Notes under the pieces: model-generated
Seen by the model: only the letters and a program-made list of their open reading frames with translations
What the model was told of the DNA's origin: nothing
Databases searched by the model: none
Position numbers and translations under genes: made by a program
Source: a virus
Lineage: Duplodnaviria; Caudoviricetes
Length of the DNA stretch: 64,000 nucleotides
IMG/VR virus record: IMGVR_UViG_3300044961_000667
Reading direction: 5' to 3' (one strand)
Shown here: positions 36,688-45,766 of the stretch, in pieces
Numbering within the stretch: position 1 is the stretch's first letter
Layout of the letters: every line of letters begins with the position of its first letter

Positions 36688-36985
36688 CGACGGTCTCCAT
36701 CAGCTTGATCAGCTCTGCACGGTGGACTGCCCTGGCCTTCTCCAGAGCGGCCTGCGCAGCATCGCACCACTCCGGCTCCAACAGAGCAACGTCACGGTGC
36801 CGCACGAGGTTGCGGTACATCCGGAACAGGGTGCGCTCGGTGCGCTCCAGGTCGATGCGGTTCTCGCTGCCGACCTTCAGCTTGGTCGACATGTCGCTGA
36901 TGACCGACAGGATGAGCGTCAGCTCGAATGCGTCGGCCAACCTGGCAACGAGCGCTTCCTTCGCTGCCTCATCGACAGCCGGCAT
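36647..36985 (-). CDS. hypothetical protein
   Basis: Helical ORF of about 112 aa. Confidence 0.55.
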   Translation of the reverse strand: MPAVDEAAKEALVARLADAFELTLILSVISDMSTKLKVGSENRIDLERTERTLFRMYRNLVRHRDVALLEPEWCDAAQAALEKARAVHRAELIKLMETVGDRVTAGTRTAHP

Positions 36986-37212
36986 CACTTGTCCAGGGAG
37001 CCGTACTTGCGGTGGAGCAGCTGGTACAGCGCCCGGCCCTCGTCGTACGGGAGCGAGAGGCCAACGACTTCCTTCGACTTGATGCGACCGAAGCGGCCCA
37101 CGGTGAGATTCACGCGGTCGGGGAGCACCTTCACGACGAGACGCTCCTCCTGCTTGGTGAGCGGGTGCTTCACCAGCACGTCCAGCTCCGTCTCGTTGTT
37201 CTTGACGATCAC
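36985..37212 (-). CDS. hypothetical protein
   Basis: AAGGAG + GTG at 37212. Confidence 0.55.
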   Translation of the reverse strand: MIVKNNETELDVLVKHPLTKQEERLVVKVLPDRVNLTVGRFGRIKSKEVVGLSLPYDEGRALYQLLHRKYGSLDK

Positions 37213-37226
37213 CCGCGCTCCTTCAC

Positions 37227-37453
37227 TCAGTTGAACTCTGACTTCGACGGACGAGGATCTCGCCCGAGCTTCGTTGGCTTCAGCCGCACCGCCGAGCCGT
37301 CGATCTGCAGCAACGACATCCACTCCTTGCGGCAGTGCACGCACCGCATCGGCACCTCGCAAGTCCAACCAGGGGCCAGGAAAACGTACTCGAAGTCCAT
37401 CTCACCGGCATCCCGTCGACAGAACGGGCAGATGATCCCGTGATGGACTTCAA
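37227..37453 (-). CDS. zinc-ribbon protein, probably with a 1-nt frameshift near its start
   Basis: CPFC...CVHC; TTG at 37453 overlaps the upstream TGA; one extra G at 37437-37439 gives MKSITGIICPFC. Confidence 0.45.
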
Positions 37454-37707
37454 CGCGGGACTTCCCCTTCTTCCCCGTCGTCCTCTGTTGCTCGCTCGGC
37501 TTCGTCACCGCCGACTTCTTGGGGCCACGACTCTTCCCAGCGGCGCTGCGCTTCGCTGCGGTCAGCCGGCGGAACCCACCCTTCTGGAGCAACACTCTTG
37601 AAGTCCTCCATCGCGTCCGACTGCTCGTCTTCGCCCACCAGCGCCGGATGCGTCAGCAGCAGATACGCGATCCGATCTGCGGCCTTCAACCGGTCGTCCT
37701 TCGTCAA
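37450..37707 (-). CDS. hypothetical protein
   Basis: 85 aa ORF with acidic tail. Confidence 0.5.
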   Translation of the reverse strand: MTKDDRLKAADRIAYLLLTHPALVGEDEQSDAMEDFKSVAPEGWVPPADRSEAQRRWEESWPQEVGGDEAERATEDDGEEGEVPR

Positions 37708-37749
37708 GCCTCATCCTCACAAATTCCGAATCGTTTCGCCTGTCAAGGT

Positions 37750-38409
37750 CTACCCAGCCAGCTCCTCTTGGGGAACCGCGCTCACATCCACCACCGCTCC
37801 TTGGGCCTCACGCGCCGCTGCGCTGGCCAAAGCGTCCGCCCGCTCGTTGCCTGGCGTCCCAGCGTGCCCTCGAACCCACTCAAAGGCCACCTTCCTGACT
37901 CGCATCTCCTCGATGATCGCCTTGATCAGCTCGACGTTGGCCGCTGGCGCCCCGCCGGCGGTCTTCCAGTCGTTCTTCATCCAGCTCTTCCACCACACGG
38001 TGAGCGCCTTGATGGCGTACTCGCTGTCGGTGAAGACGCGAACCTTCACCGAGGTCGGGCTCGCCTTCAACCCTTCCAGGATGGCCGTCAGCTCCATCTT
38101 GTTGTTCGTCGTCTGGGGGTTGTTCCCCGACATCTCGCGGATCTCCCCGCTCTGGGGCACCAGCACGACGCCCCATCCTCCAGGGCCGCCAGGGTTCACG
38201 AGGCACGATCCGTCGGTCCACACGTGAAGATCGTCGCCAGTCGGCCGCTGGATTTCACCAGCAGGCTTGGCCTCGACCTTCTCCGCGGTGGGAGCCGAGC
38301 CGTCGGCCGACACGAGTTTCATGCCCAGGCCGGCGGCGAGCGCCTCCGCCAGCTTGAGCCGATCCTTCTCGGGCAGGCCGAGGACCTTGAGCAGCAGATC
38401 CCCTTTCAC
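37750..38409 (-). CDS. rnhA: ribonuclease HI with N-terminal extension
   Basis: WTDGSC..NPGGPGGWG, TTNNKMEL, FTDSEY, ANVEL, EWVRGHAG..GNERADALA. Confidence 0.93.
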   Translation of the reverse strand: MKGDLLLKVLGLPEKDRLKLAEALAAGLGMKLVSADGSAPTAEKVEAKPAGEIQRPTGDDLHVWTDGSCLVNPGGPGGWGVVLVPQSGEIREMSGNNPQTTNNKMELTAILEGLKASPTSVKVRVFTDSEYAIKALTVWWKSWMKNDWKTAGGAPAANVELIKAIIEEMRVRKVAFEWVRGHAGTPGNERADALASAAAREAQGAVVDVSAVPQEELAG

Positions 38410-38411
38410 GG

Positions 38412-38678
38412 CTACAGCTGCACCTTGATGTGAGGCCCCGTCTGATCGAGCACCTCGTTGCCCTTGCGGTTCTGGATGTCGACCACGGTGTCGGCGAGGA
38501 CGAACGACGTCTTCCTGCCGCACCCGGTGCACTCCAGGTAGAGCCGCTGAACCCCGCGACGAGGGCCAGGGCCGATGGCGACCCTGAAGGAGTAGTCGCG
38601 ACCGCACCCTCCAGCCTTCTCAGGGCAGCGCAGGCTGGGGACCGACACGACGTTCGGCTGCTTCAACGCTTCAGGCAT
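38412..38678 (-). CDS. zinc-ribbon protein
   Basis: CPEKAGGC...CTGC. Confidence 0.55.
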   Translation of the reverse strand: MPEALKQPNVVSVPSLRCPEKAGGCGRDYSFRVAIGPGPRRGVQRLYLECTGCGRKTSFVLADTVVDIQNRKGNEVLDQTGPHIKVQL

Positions 38679-38728
38679 GCTGTTCTCCTTGCCTCGGGCT
38701 GAACATCTTTCCCGATCGCTGGCAACCG

Positions 38729-39280
38729 CTACCGCTTGGACTTCTTGCCGGTGGACGCTTCGAGCAGCGCCTTCACGGGCTCGGGCTTCTCGATGATGAG
38801 GCTCCAGCTCTCCTTCTTGAGCTTGCGGATCTCCTCGTTCGTCACCTTGCCCTTCTGCACGAGGAACTCCAGCTTCGCCGGGTTCTGCACGAGCGTCTTC
38901 ACCTCGTCGAAGACCTCCTCGATCTTGATGTTCTTCGACCGGAGCAGATCCTTCAGCCCTTCGTCGTCGGGCTGGCTGGCCACGCTCTTCTGCAGCTTGA
39001 GCGGGATGCCGTACTCGGGCGTGTACGTCTTGTGCCCCTTCTCCTTGTCCTTCTCCTCGACCACGCCCTCCTTCTCGATGATCGCCTTCAGGCGCGGCTT
39101 GACGTCTTCGAGGCGCTTCTTCGCCACCTTCTCGATCGCGTCGAGCATGGCCGCGGCGTAGTGCGCCTCCTGCAGCGTCAGGTCGTCGACGGCCTTCGAC
39201 ATCAGGTCGTGCGTGGTGAGGTGCACGCCCTCGTCGATGATGGCTTTCGACAGACTCGATTCCGACTTGGATCCCGACAT
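38729..39280 (-). CDS. hypothetical coiled-coil protein
   Basis: Lys/Glu-rich, strong codon bias, AAGGAG RBS. Confidence 0.65.
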   Translation of the reverse strand: MSGSKSESSLSKAIIDEGVHLTTHDLMSKAVDDLTLQEAHYAAAMLDAIEKVAKKRLEDVKPRLKAIIEKEGVVEEKDKEKGHKTYTPEYGIPLKLQKSVASQPDDEGLKDLLRSKNIKIEEVFDEVKTLVQNPAKLEFLVQKGKVTNEEIRKLKKESWSLIIEKPEPVKALLEASTGKKSKR

Positions 39281-39321
39281 GTGCTTCTCCTTGTTGATGC
39301 TGCGGTGAACTGCGAACTCGA

Positions 39322-39624
39322 TCACCAGCCGTAACGCTGGTGCGTGAACGTCTCCTCGGCCAACGCCTGCTTCTGCTCGAAGGAGAGCTGACGCCAGAGC
39401 TTCTCTTCGTCACGCGTCATCCCGCCGTTGGACTCGAACTGGTCGATCGACACCTCGACAACGTCGGCGCGGGGCATGATCGGCTCCTCCCCCATCTCCT
39501 GCATGTTCCGCAGGATGTCGCCGGCGATCGTCTGCCAGCAGCGGTTGAGCTTCTGCTTGAAGAGCGCCGACTGCGCCTGAGAGAGAACGATCGGCTGGGA
39601 CTTGGGCTTGATGCTTGCGACCAT
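39322..39624 (-). CDS. hypothetical protein
   Basis: First gene after promoter 39681. Confidence 0.65.
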   Translation of the reverse strand: MVASIKPKSQPIVLSQAQSALFKQKLNRCWQTIAGDILRNMQEMGEEPIMPRADVVEVSIDQFESNGGMTRDEEKLWRQLSFEQKQALAEETFTHQRYGW

Positions 39625-39697
39625 GCGCTTCCTCCTGGGTGAGAGGTGATGGTCGAGAATCTACCTGAGACCCCTAGTTTGTCAAGAGGAAAGAGCG

Positions 39698-40159
39698 TCA
39701 GACGCTTCCGTCATGAGGGACGTACGCGCACCGCACTTCGTTGATCGGCTGGTAGCCGAACGCGACTCTGCATCCACCGAGGCTACGAATCCCGAGGTGC
39801 CTGAAGTCCAGGGAGACGACCACCATGTTCGGCTTCATCATCTGGTTCTCGTAGAAGCGCTGGATCTCCTCCGAGGCAGCCCGGACGAGGTTCTTCAGCA
39901 CCTCGTCGGCGCCCTCGGGTGGATCGTAGACAGTGTGCGAGAACTGGCTGTCCTTCATCGACTTCCAGTCCCAGTCGCTTCCGTCGATCGCCTCGACGAG
40001 TTCCGCCCCGCCGGTGAACAGGATCTTCCCGTTCCCCAACCCCATCGCGAAGATGGCGCTCTGCTCGCGTCTCGCACCCTCGGTCGTCAACTGCACGACC
40101 TGACCAGGCGCCAGCACGATCTCCTGCGCTGGCGTCTTCGGCTTCTCCGCATCGCTCAC
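39698..40159 (-). CDS. hypothetical protein
   Basis: GTG start overlapping the upstream stop. Confidence 0.55.
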   Translation of the reverse strand: MSDAEKPKTPAQEIVLAPGQVVQLTTEGARREQSAIFAMGLGNGKILFTGGAELVEAIDGSDWDWKSMKDSQFSHTVYDPPEGADEVLKNLVRAASEEIQRFYENQMMKPNMVVVSLDFRHLGIRSLGGCRVAFGYQPINEVRCAYVPHDGSV

Positions 40160-40365
40160 GACTTCTTCTCTCCCTCCGGAGGACGCTCGTTGCGAATCTC
40201 TGCGTCCTTCATCCCGACGAAGTCGGAGACCTGGCTCATGGCCCGCTGGCGGCTGTGCGACTTCATCCACTCGTCGCGATGCGCCTTGCACGATGGACCA
40301 AGCAACGGGTCGATCTCCGTCGCCACAACCTTGCACGCCGACACGATGCACTTCTGCTGAATCAT
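40156..40365 (-). CDS. small Cys-containing protein
   Basis: MIQQKCIVSAC...SCKAH. Confidence 0.4.
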   Translation of the reverse strand: MIQQKCIVSACKVVATEIDPLLGPSCKAHRDEWMKSHSRQRAMSQVSDFVGMKDAEIRNERPPEGEKKS

Positions 40366-40433
40366 GCTCGCGATGAAGCCCGCGTTCGGGCCGCTGTCAA
40401 CCAGCTCGCCTGTGCAATCGATTGCGCGTGCGC

Positions 40434-40838
40434 TCAGCCCGCGACGCGAGCGATCCGCACGATGATCGACTCGGGCCACGCGCCGTACGACTTCGGCGTC
40501 TTGGCCACCGGCTGCTCCAGGCCCTTCTGCACCATGAAGTCCGCCGCCTGCTGAACCGCGTCCGACGCCGCGGAGACGACTTCGAGGGCGTCATCCTGCC
40601 CGAGGTGCAGCGCCGACTTGGCGGCGAGATCCAGCTCCTTCAGCACCTTCATGGCCGACGCCTGGTCCCGCACCGGCAGCGCCGACTTCACCTTCCGCGC
40701 GTCCACGGTGAGGCCGCCGTCCAGGAGAGCTTCGACGGCCTGGAGCGCCATCTTCTGCGCGTTCGCGTACGGGCCGGTCGCTTCCTTCAGCTCCGACTTC
40801 ACGGACTCCAGCAGCGAGTTGATGCGCTTCAGGTTCAT
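40434..40838 (-). CDS. hypothetical protein
   Basis: 134 aa, strong codon bias. Confidence 0.65.
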   Translation of the reverse strand: MNLKRINSLLESVKSELKEATGPYANAQKMALQAVEALLDGGLTVDARKVKSALPVRDQASAMKVLKELDLAAKSALHLGQDDALEVVSAASDAVQQAADFMVQKGLEQPVAKTPKSYGAWPESIIVRIARVAG

Positions 40839-40847
40839 GGATCGACT

Positions 40848-41063
40848 CTACGCGGCGCGAGGCCGCAGAACAACCTTCGTTCCGTCAGCGATCTTCTTGC
40901 AGAGCTTGCAGTTGATGTTGCTGACGCGCGCCGCAGCACCGACTGTCACCACGCGGTGCCCGCACAGAGTCTCATCCGAGCCGCGCTCCGCGGCATGGAC
41001 ACGGATCCCCGCGGCGTAGACCGCCACCAGATCCTTGGCTTTCTGCTCCGTTGTCTTCCCCAT
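40848..41063 (-). CDS. small zinc-finger-like protein
   Basis: H...TLCG...CKLC; follows promoter 41145. Confidence 0.5.
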   Translation of the reverse strand: MGKTTEQKAKDLVAVYAAGIRVHAAERGSDETLCGHRVVTVGAAARVSNINCKLCKKIADGTKVVLRPRAA

Positions 41064-41170
41064 GGCCTTGCTGCCCCTAGCTTCGATTCCCGCCTCTGAC
41101 AAGACGTCCATACCCATAGAGCTTGACGCCCTATGGGTCAATTTGTCAAGAGGACCACCGGAAAACCGGC

Positions 41171-41653
41171 TCAGAACAGCTTGGCCAAGGACTCCAGCTC
41201 CTGGTGGAGCTTGGTGGCCGCCGCCTCCACCTTCGACTTGTGCAGGTGGTGCAGGTCCATCAGCGCCGCCTCGAACTTGTGGCGTGCCTCCGTCGCACGG
41301 CCCAGGCCCTCGGTCATCTTGGCCCGGTTCTCCTGCGTCGGCGGCAGCGCCCGCGCCGCGAGCATCGCCGTGTTGTGCAGCTCGCCCAGCTTGCCGAGCA
41401 GGTGCTTCGACTGGTGGAGGTTCACCTCCAGGGCCTGACTGATCACCTTCGCCTGGCGCTTCATGCCTTCGACGGCATCGCGGACATGGGCGGTGTCGCC
41501 GTTGGCGACGGCCGCCTCTTCCTCAGTGCGCATCTCCACGCGACGCATCGCTCGCTTCTGCTCGACCTTCCTCTTCCGCTCGGTCTCGCTGAAGCTCTCG
41601 GAGAGCGTCTTCCCGGCCTTGCCCAGCTTCTTCAGGTTCTCGTTCAGGTTCAT
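41171..41653 (-). CDS. coiled-coil hypothetical protein
   Basis: 160 aa ORF. Confidence 0.65.
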   Translation of the reverse strand: MNLNENLKKLGKAGKTLSESFSETERKRKVEQKRAMRRVEMRTEEEAAVANGDTAHVRDAVEGMKRQAKVISQALEVNLHQSKHLLGKLGELHNTAMLAARALPPTQENRAKMTEGLGRATEARHKFEAALMDLHHLHKSKVEAAATKLHQELESLAKLF

Positions 41654-41924
41654 CTCGCAGGCTCCTCTTGAGGCCGCCGGCTGTCCGGAAGCCGATGGTC
41701 TTCGTCATCTCCAGCTGCATCAACTCCCGCGTTTGCGGGTTCCGAATCTGCCTCGACTTCCGGCTCCTCACCGAGAACACCCCGAAGTCGGGCCAGGCTG
41801 CTCGACCATCCTTCCGAACTGCCGCCGCCAGTTCCTCGAAGAGGATGTCGGCGAACTCCTCGGCGTCCTTCTTCGTCAGCCGAGCGCGGGTCGCGAGGCG
41901 CTCGACGATCTCCTTCTTGGTCAT
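41523..41924 (-). CDS. hup: HU/IHF family DNA-binding protein (C-terminal run-on)
   Basis: MTKKEIV..LA....LTKKDAE, FGVFSVRSRKSRQIRNPQT, IGFRTAGGLK. Confidence 0.88.
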   Translation of the reverse strand: MTKKEIVERLATRARLTKKDAEEFADILFEELAAAVRKDGRAAWPDFGVFSVRSRKSRQIRNPQTRELMQLEMTKTIGFRTAGGLKRSLRDEPEREPEEAGQGREDALRELQRDRAEEEGRAEASDASRGDAH

Positions 41925-42502
41925 CCTTCCCGACCCGGAGCGAGATCGGCGCCCAGCTGGTGCGCGATGTTCAACACCAGCGCCTTGCCGCTCTGCGAGT
42001 GAGGCAGCCACCCCTCGTTGTACTGGCCATCGTCCCCCAGCCCCTCCTCGACCGGCACCGAGGGCTGCAACGACGTGTTGGCCGGCTGCCCCTGCCACGC
42101 GAACAGGCTGGCTGCTGGCGTGTACGCGTGGACGACGAAGCCTGACGACCCCTCGCCCGCGGTGGTCACCGCGACCATGTTGCCGTCGCCGGTCGTCACG
42201 GCCGGGACGCCACCCGACTCGCCCAACTTGAGAGCGGGGTACCGCGCCAGCACGTCAGCGATGATGTCGGCAGCCATCTTCGTGGCCACGGCTTCCGACT
42301 CGGTCGGCCCCAGCGGCTCACGCAGAGCGCCAAACTCCGGCTTGCGGTGGCCCAGGGCGGCAGAGCCGTTGTTGGTCTCGACCAGGGATCGCTTCACCGT
42401 CTCCAACAGCTCGTTCGTCCCGCGCAGGAAGCTCTTCGGCGGCCGACCCTTGAGCATCATCGCTGCGTCTTCGAGGGTCTCGTTCAGCTTGCGGATGTCC
42501 AT
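41921..42502 (-). CDS. hypothetical protein
   Basis: RBS before MDIRKLNETLED. Confidence 0.6.
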   Translation of the reverse strand: MDIRKLNETLEDAAMMLKGRPPKSFLRGTNELLETVKRSLVETNNGSAALGHRKPEFGALREPLGPTESEAVATKMAADIIADVLARYPALKLGESGGVPAVTTGDGNMVAVTTAGEGSSGFVVHAYTPAASLFAWQGQPANTSLQPSVPVEEGLGDDGQYNEGWLPHSQSGKALVLNIAHQLGADLAPGREG

Positions 42503-42590
42503 CGTGTTCCCTTCCTGGTCGGCGGTGCCTCGCGGAACTGTACCATACGCTCTGAGGCCAGAAGCCTTCCAGGATGTCAAGCCGTCGACG

Positions 42591-42619
42591 TTGCCAACAC
42601 CGACACCTACCCGTACGCT
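42591..42619 (+). promoter_or_regulatory. sigma70-type promoter for the plus-strand gene
   Basis: TTGCCA-17 bp-TACGCT upstream of the AAGGAG RBS. Confidence 0.5.
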
Positions 42620-42660
42620 GCCACACACTTTCAGCAGTACCACTCAAGGAGAACAGTCCG

Positions 42661-43332
42661 ATGGCCCGTCGCTTTCAGAAGAAGGTCCAGTCCGCGTACC
42701 TGATCGCCACCGACGGCGAGATCGCGGGCCCTGATGTTTCCATCGTCGTCGGCAGCAAGTGGGCCGGCTACGTCCCCGACCTCCTCACCGAGATCGAGCC
42801 CGACGACACGATCGCCGAGGAGTCCGAGAACGCCGCGGTCAATGGCCTGGGCGTCGAGGTCTTCACCCCCGCCGCGAAGCCGGCCATCACCGGCGAGTCG
42901 CTGGGCACCGGCAACGGCGTGCTGACGACCTTCACGGACACGGCCGCGTCCCTCCCCGTCAAGCGTGGCTCGGTGAAGGTGTACGTCAACGCCGTGCTCC
43001 GCGCGACCGACGACGGCAAGGGCGTCGTGTCGGGTTCCGGCGTCACGGGCACCATCAACTACGCCACCGGCGCCCTGTCGGTGACGTTCTCGGTCGCCCC
43101 GACCAACACGCACCCGCTCGTGTGGGACTACGAGGGCGTGTCGAAGCTCACCCTCTCGGGCACCCCGGTCACCACCGCGGCGGCGAAGCTCAAGGTGTAC
43201 AAGAACGACGTCGCCATGGTCGAGGGCACCGGCGCCGGTCAGTACCGCGTGAGCGGTCCCAAGGAGATCACCCTCGGCACCGGCGCCAACGGCACCGACA
43301 AGTACCTGGTGGCGTACCTCACCGCGGCGTAA
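42661..43332 (+). CDS. virion structural / beta-sandwich decoration-type protein
   Basis: AAGGAG RBS; Gly/Thr/Val-rich; GESLGTGNG, ATDDGKG...GTINYATGALSVTFSVAP; very strong codon bias. Confidence 0.65.
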   Translation: MARRFQKKVQSAYLIATDGEIAGPDVSIVVGSKWAGYVPDLLTEIEPDDTIAEESENAAVNGLGVEVFTPAAKPAITGESLGTGNGVLTTFTDTAASLPVKRGSVKVYVNAVLRATDDGKGVVSGSGVTGTINYATGALSVTFSVAPTNTHPLVWDYEGVSKLTLSGTPVTTAAAKLKVYKNDVAMVEGTGAGQYRVSGPKEITLGTGANGTDKYLVAYLTAA

Positions 43333-43344
43333 CAGCCCGGCTGG

Positions 43345-43866
43345 TCACGCAGACGGCCCGGTCGGCGCAAGCTGGCCGGGCCTTTTCTTTGGTGCAGGGC
43401 GCTTCGACCCGGCGAACTCAACGGCGTCCGCTCGTTTGATCGACTTCACCTCGGAACGTTGAACCTGGGTGGCCAGTCGACAGCCGACTCTGAGGAACTC
43501 GTTGTACCAACGCCCGAGGAACGGCCTCAGCTTCCGGTGGTGCTTCTTCACCAGCTCGTACACCCGCTTCGGTCGCGACTTCTTCTTGGTGAGCCCCAAG
43601 CCGCACCGCTCCACGAACGCAGCGAAGGTCTTGGTCTCAAGGAGGACAGCCTCGTCGGCGAGCAGCGAGCCCAGCACCTGCTCAATCCGCGGCGGCTCCC
43701 CGGCAGGCGTGTAGTAGTCGAACGTCGCCTTCTTCGCGTCGCAGAACAAGCGGACCTTGTAGCCCGCCCACGCGCCAAACTCCGGAGAAGGCTTCGCGCG
43801 GCGGAGGACTTTCGCCCTCACATGCCTGCGCTTCACCAGCTGTTGCAGCTCAACCACGGCATTCAT
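43345..43866 (-). CDS. hypothetical basic protein
   Basis: After promoter 43897; convergent with the structural gene. Confidence 0.55.
   Translation of the reverse strand: MNAVVELQQLVKRRHVRAKVLRRAKPSPEFGAWAGYKVRLFCDAKKATFDYYTPAGEPPRIEQVLGSLLADEAVLLETKTFAAFVERCGLGLTKKKSRPKRVYELVKKHHRKLRPFLGRWYNEFLRVGCRLATQVQRSEVKSIKRADAVEFAGSKRPAPKKRPGQLAPTGPSA
43355..43390 (+). terminator. intrinsic terminator
   Basis: GGCCCGGTCGGC-GCAA-GCTGGCCGGGCC-TTTTCTTT. Confidence 0.85.
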
Positions 43867-43905
43867 GGCCTCGTTGGAAGCCGGATGCCGTCTTGCGTCA
43901 AGAGG

Positions 43906-44181
43906 CTACTTGATGCCGCTCGTCTCCCAGTCGACCTCGTTCGGCGACTGCAGCTGGTAGGCGCCGCCGCCTGACGGAGCGAACCAGAACGTCCACTCGC
44001 TCGTGTCGCCGCCGTTCTTGAACTTCGTCAGCGCTTCGACACGCCGGCCGCCGTTCAGATTGGAGCCACCGTACACGATGTCGATCTTCACCTTGCTGGT
44101 GTCGGGCTCCAAGTACGGGTTGTTCTTCGGCGGCATGCCTTCGCACACCGCGACATCGCCGATCTTCACCTTCTGGTTCAT
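43906..44181 (-). CDS. hypothetical protein
   Basis: GAGGAG RBS before MNQKVK. Confidence 0.55.
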   Translation of the reverse strand: MNQKVKIGDVAVCEGMPPKNNPYLEPDTSKVKIDIVYGGSNLNGGRRVEALTKFKNGGDTSEWTFWFAPSGGGAYQLQSPNEVDWETSGIK

Positions 44182-44423
44182 CACGCTCTCCTCAGCTGGT
44201 CTTTCCAGTGTGGCGGATCGTCCTCCGAAAGCATCTCCGCTTCCTCGATGGGCTCTCGGTCGGCGACGAAGATCATGTGCCCCTCGGCGCACCGGTACCT
44301 GTCGGTTTCCGAGTCCCACCGGCCCTCGACGTCGCAGATGCCGATGGACCCGATGAACTCCAACGGGGTCCCGTCGCTCGGGCACACGCCGCCAGCCTTC
44401 TTCGTCTGCTTCTTCTGCCCCAT
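44181..44423 (-). CDS. small zinc-finger-like protein
   Basis: CPSD...C..GH. Confidence 0.5.
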   Translation of the reverse strand: MGQKKQTKKAGGVCPSDGTPLEFIGSIGICDVEGRWDSETDRYRCAEGHMIFVADREPIEEAEMLSEDDPPHWKDQLRRA

Positions 44424-44630
44424 TCACCACCTCGTGCGAAGGCGCGGCGCCGTGAGGAGCCTGGCCTGGTTGCCCTGCGAATCGATCAGCCTGAGCCCGC
44501 CCTGACGCACATCCTCCCAGCGCATCGCGAACTCGGTCTTGGCTTCGGCCTCGGAGCCCTCGAAGACGACACGCCAGAGATCGTCAGCTCGTCCGCCGTG
44601 GCGTTCAACGCGCCACTTCTCTTCGCTCAC
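44424..44630 (-). CDS. hypothetical protein
   Basis: 68 aa coupled ORF. Confidence 0.5.
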   Translation of the reverse strand: MSEEKWRVERHGGRADDLWRVVFEGSEAEAKTEFAMRWEDVRQGGLRLIDSQGNQARLLTAPRLRTRW

Positions 44631-44998
44631 AGCGTTCTCGTGGCGTCATCGGCGATGTACTCGTCACCGCCGTTGTGACGAGCGATCTCGAAGCCGTGAT
44701 TCGAGATCGTGTTGTACATGTCGGCGCCGTCGGACATCAGATCCTTGGCGGTGTAGTGCGGGTGGTCCGGATCGTCGGCCGAGTAGTCGCCGTTGAAGTC
44801 GTCGGCGCACCCCTGGAAGAACTGCTCCAGCGTGCAGCCGAAGTGCTTCTCGGCTTCGACACGGAAGCGTTCCTGCGCTTCCTCCAGCGTCTTGGCGCCG
44901 GCGATCACGACCAGTGCGCGCCCGGTTGTCTTCATCAGCACGAACTTCGGCTTCACACCCACGAGGACGCCGGGGATCTTGAACTTGGTCCAGCCCAT
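44627..44998 (-). CDS. hypothetical protein
   Basis: AAGGAG RBS. Confidence 0.6.
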   Translation of the reverse strand: MGWTKFKIPGVLVGVKPKFVLMKTTGRALVVIAGAKTLEEAQERFRVEAEKHFGCTLEQFFQGCADDFNGDYSADDPDHPHYTAKDLMSDGADMYNTISNHGFEIARHNGGDEYIADDATRTL

Positions 44999-45079
44999 CT
45001 CTCTCTCCTTTGGTAACTCTTCATTCGCTGGCGACGATGGCTGCTCGCCAGATGCTTCAACTGGCCAGGAATGGGAGAG

Positions 45080-45295
45080 CTACCTCCCGAGGAACTCCGG
45101 CGTGTAGAGCATGCGCGTCTTGGCCGGGAACACGGCGTAGTAGTCGCCGTCGGCGTACTTCGTCATCTTCGTGCCGTTGGACGTCTTCTCGTTCCAGATC
45201 TTGTCGGCCTCAGCCCTCGATAGCGGCCCCGACACGTCGATCCACCCGTCAAACATGTCCCACTGCCGCACGATGAACAGTGGCTGACTCACCAC
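45080..45295 (-). CDS. hypothetical protein
   Basis: GAGGAG + GTG start. Confidence 0.5.
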   Translation of the reverse strand: MVSQPLFIVRQWDMFDGWIDVSGPLSRAEADKIWNEKTSNGTKMTKYADGDYYAVFPAKTRMLYTPEFLGR

Positions 45296-45726
45296 AGACA
45301 CTCCTCGATCTTGGAGTACGGGATCGTCTCGCTCGTGATGTAGATCTCGCAGTGCTTCGGGATGGTCGTCCAGCGGACGCCATCCTCCGTGATGACCATC
45401 TGATCGCACTCAGTGCGCTCCCCGTCGTTGTCGCCGGGGTCCCAGTCGGTCTGGGCAGCCTCGCCCTGATCGACTTTCTCGGTCTCCTCGTCCGGCGGCA
45501 CCCCGTACTGGAAGTACCTGGCGTGGTGATCGCCGAAGTACATCTCCCAGAGCGGGTTGCCCCAGTCTCGCCCCTCGGCCTTCTTCTCTTCCTCGTTCGC
45601 CTTCAGGAAGAGCTTCCGCCGGCGGAGGATCGTCTTGGCCAGCTCGGGGCCGACGTCGACCCAGACGTAGTCGATGTCCGCGTTGTAGTTCTCGTTGTTG
45701 CTGTACCCACGCATCAGGAACTTCAT
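45289..45726 (-). CDS. hypothetical protein
   Basis: GGAGG RBS directly after a palindrome copy. Confidence 0.6.
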   Translation of the reverse strand: MKFLMRGYSNNENYNADIDYVWVDVGPELAKTILRRRKLFLKANEEEKKAEGRDWGNPLWEMYFGDHHARYFQYGVPPDEETEKVDQGEAAQTDWDPGDNDGERTECDQMVITEDGVRWTTIPKHCEIYITSETIPYSKIEECLW

Positions 45727-45766
45727 GGCGCCTCCAGGTTGGGGTGCAATCGATTGCGCATGCGGC

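Noticed and set aside
41114-41150. Nested inverted repeats (CCCATAG/CTATGGG, TTGAC/GTCAA) overlapping promoter 41145
   Set aside because: Could be an operator, but it is a single occurrence with no supporting copy
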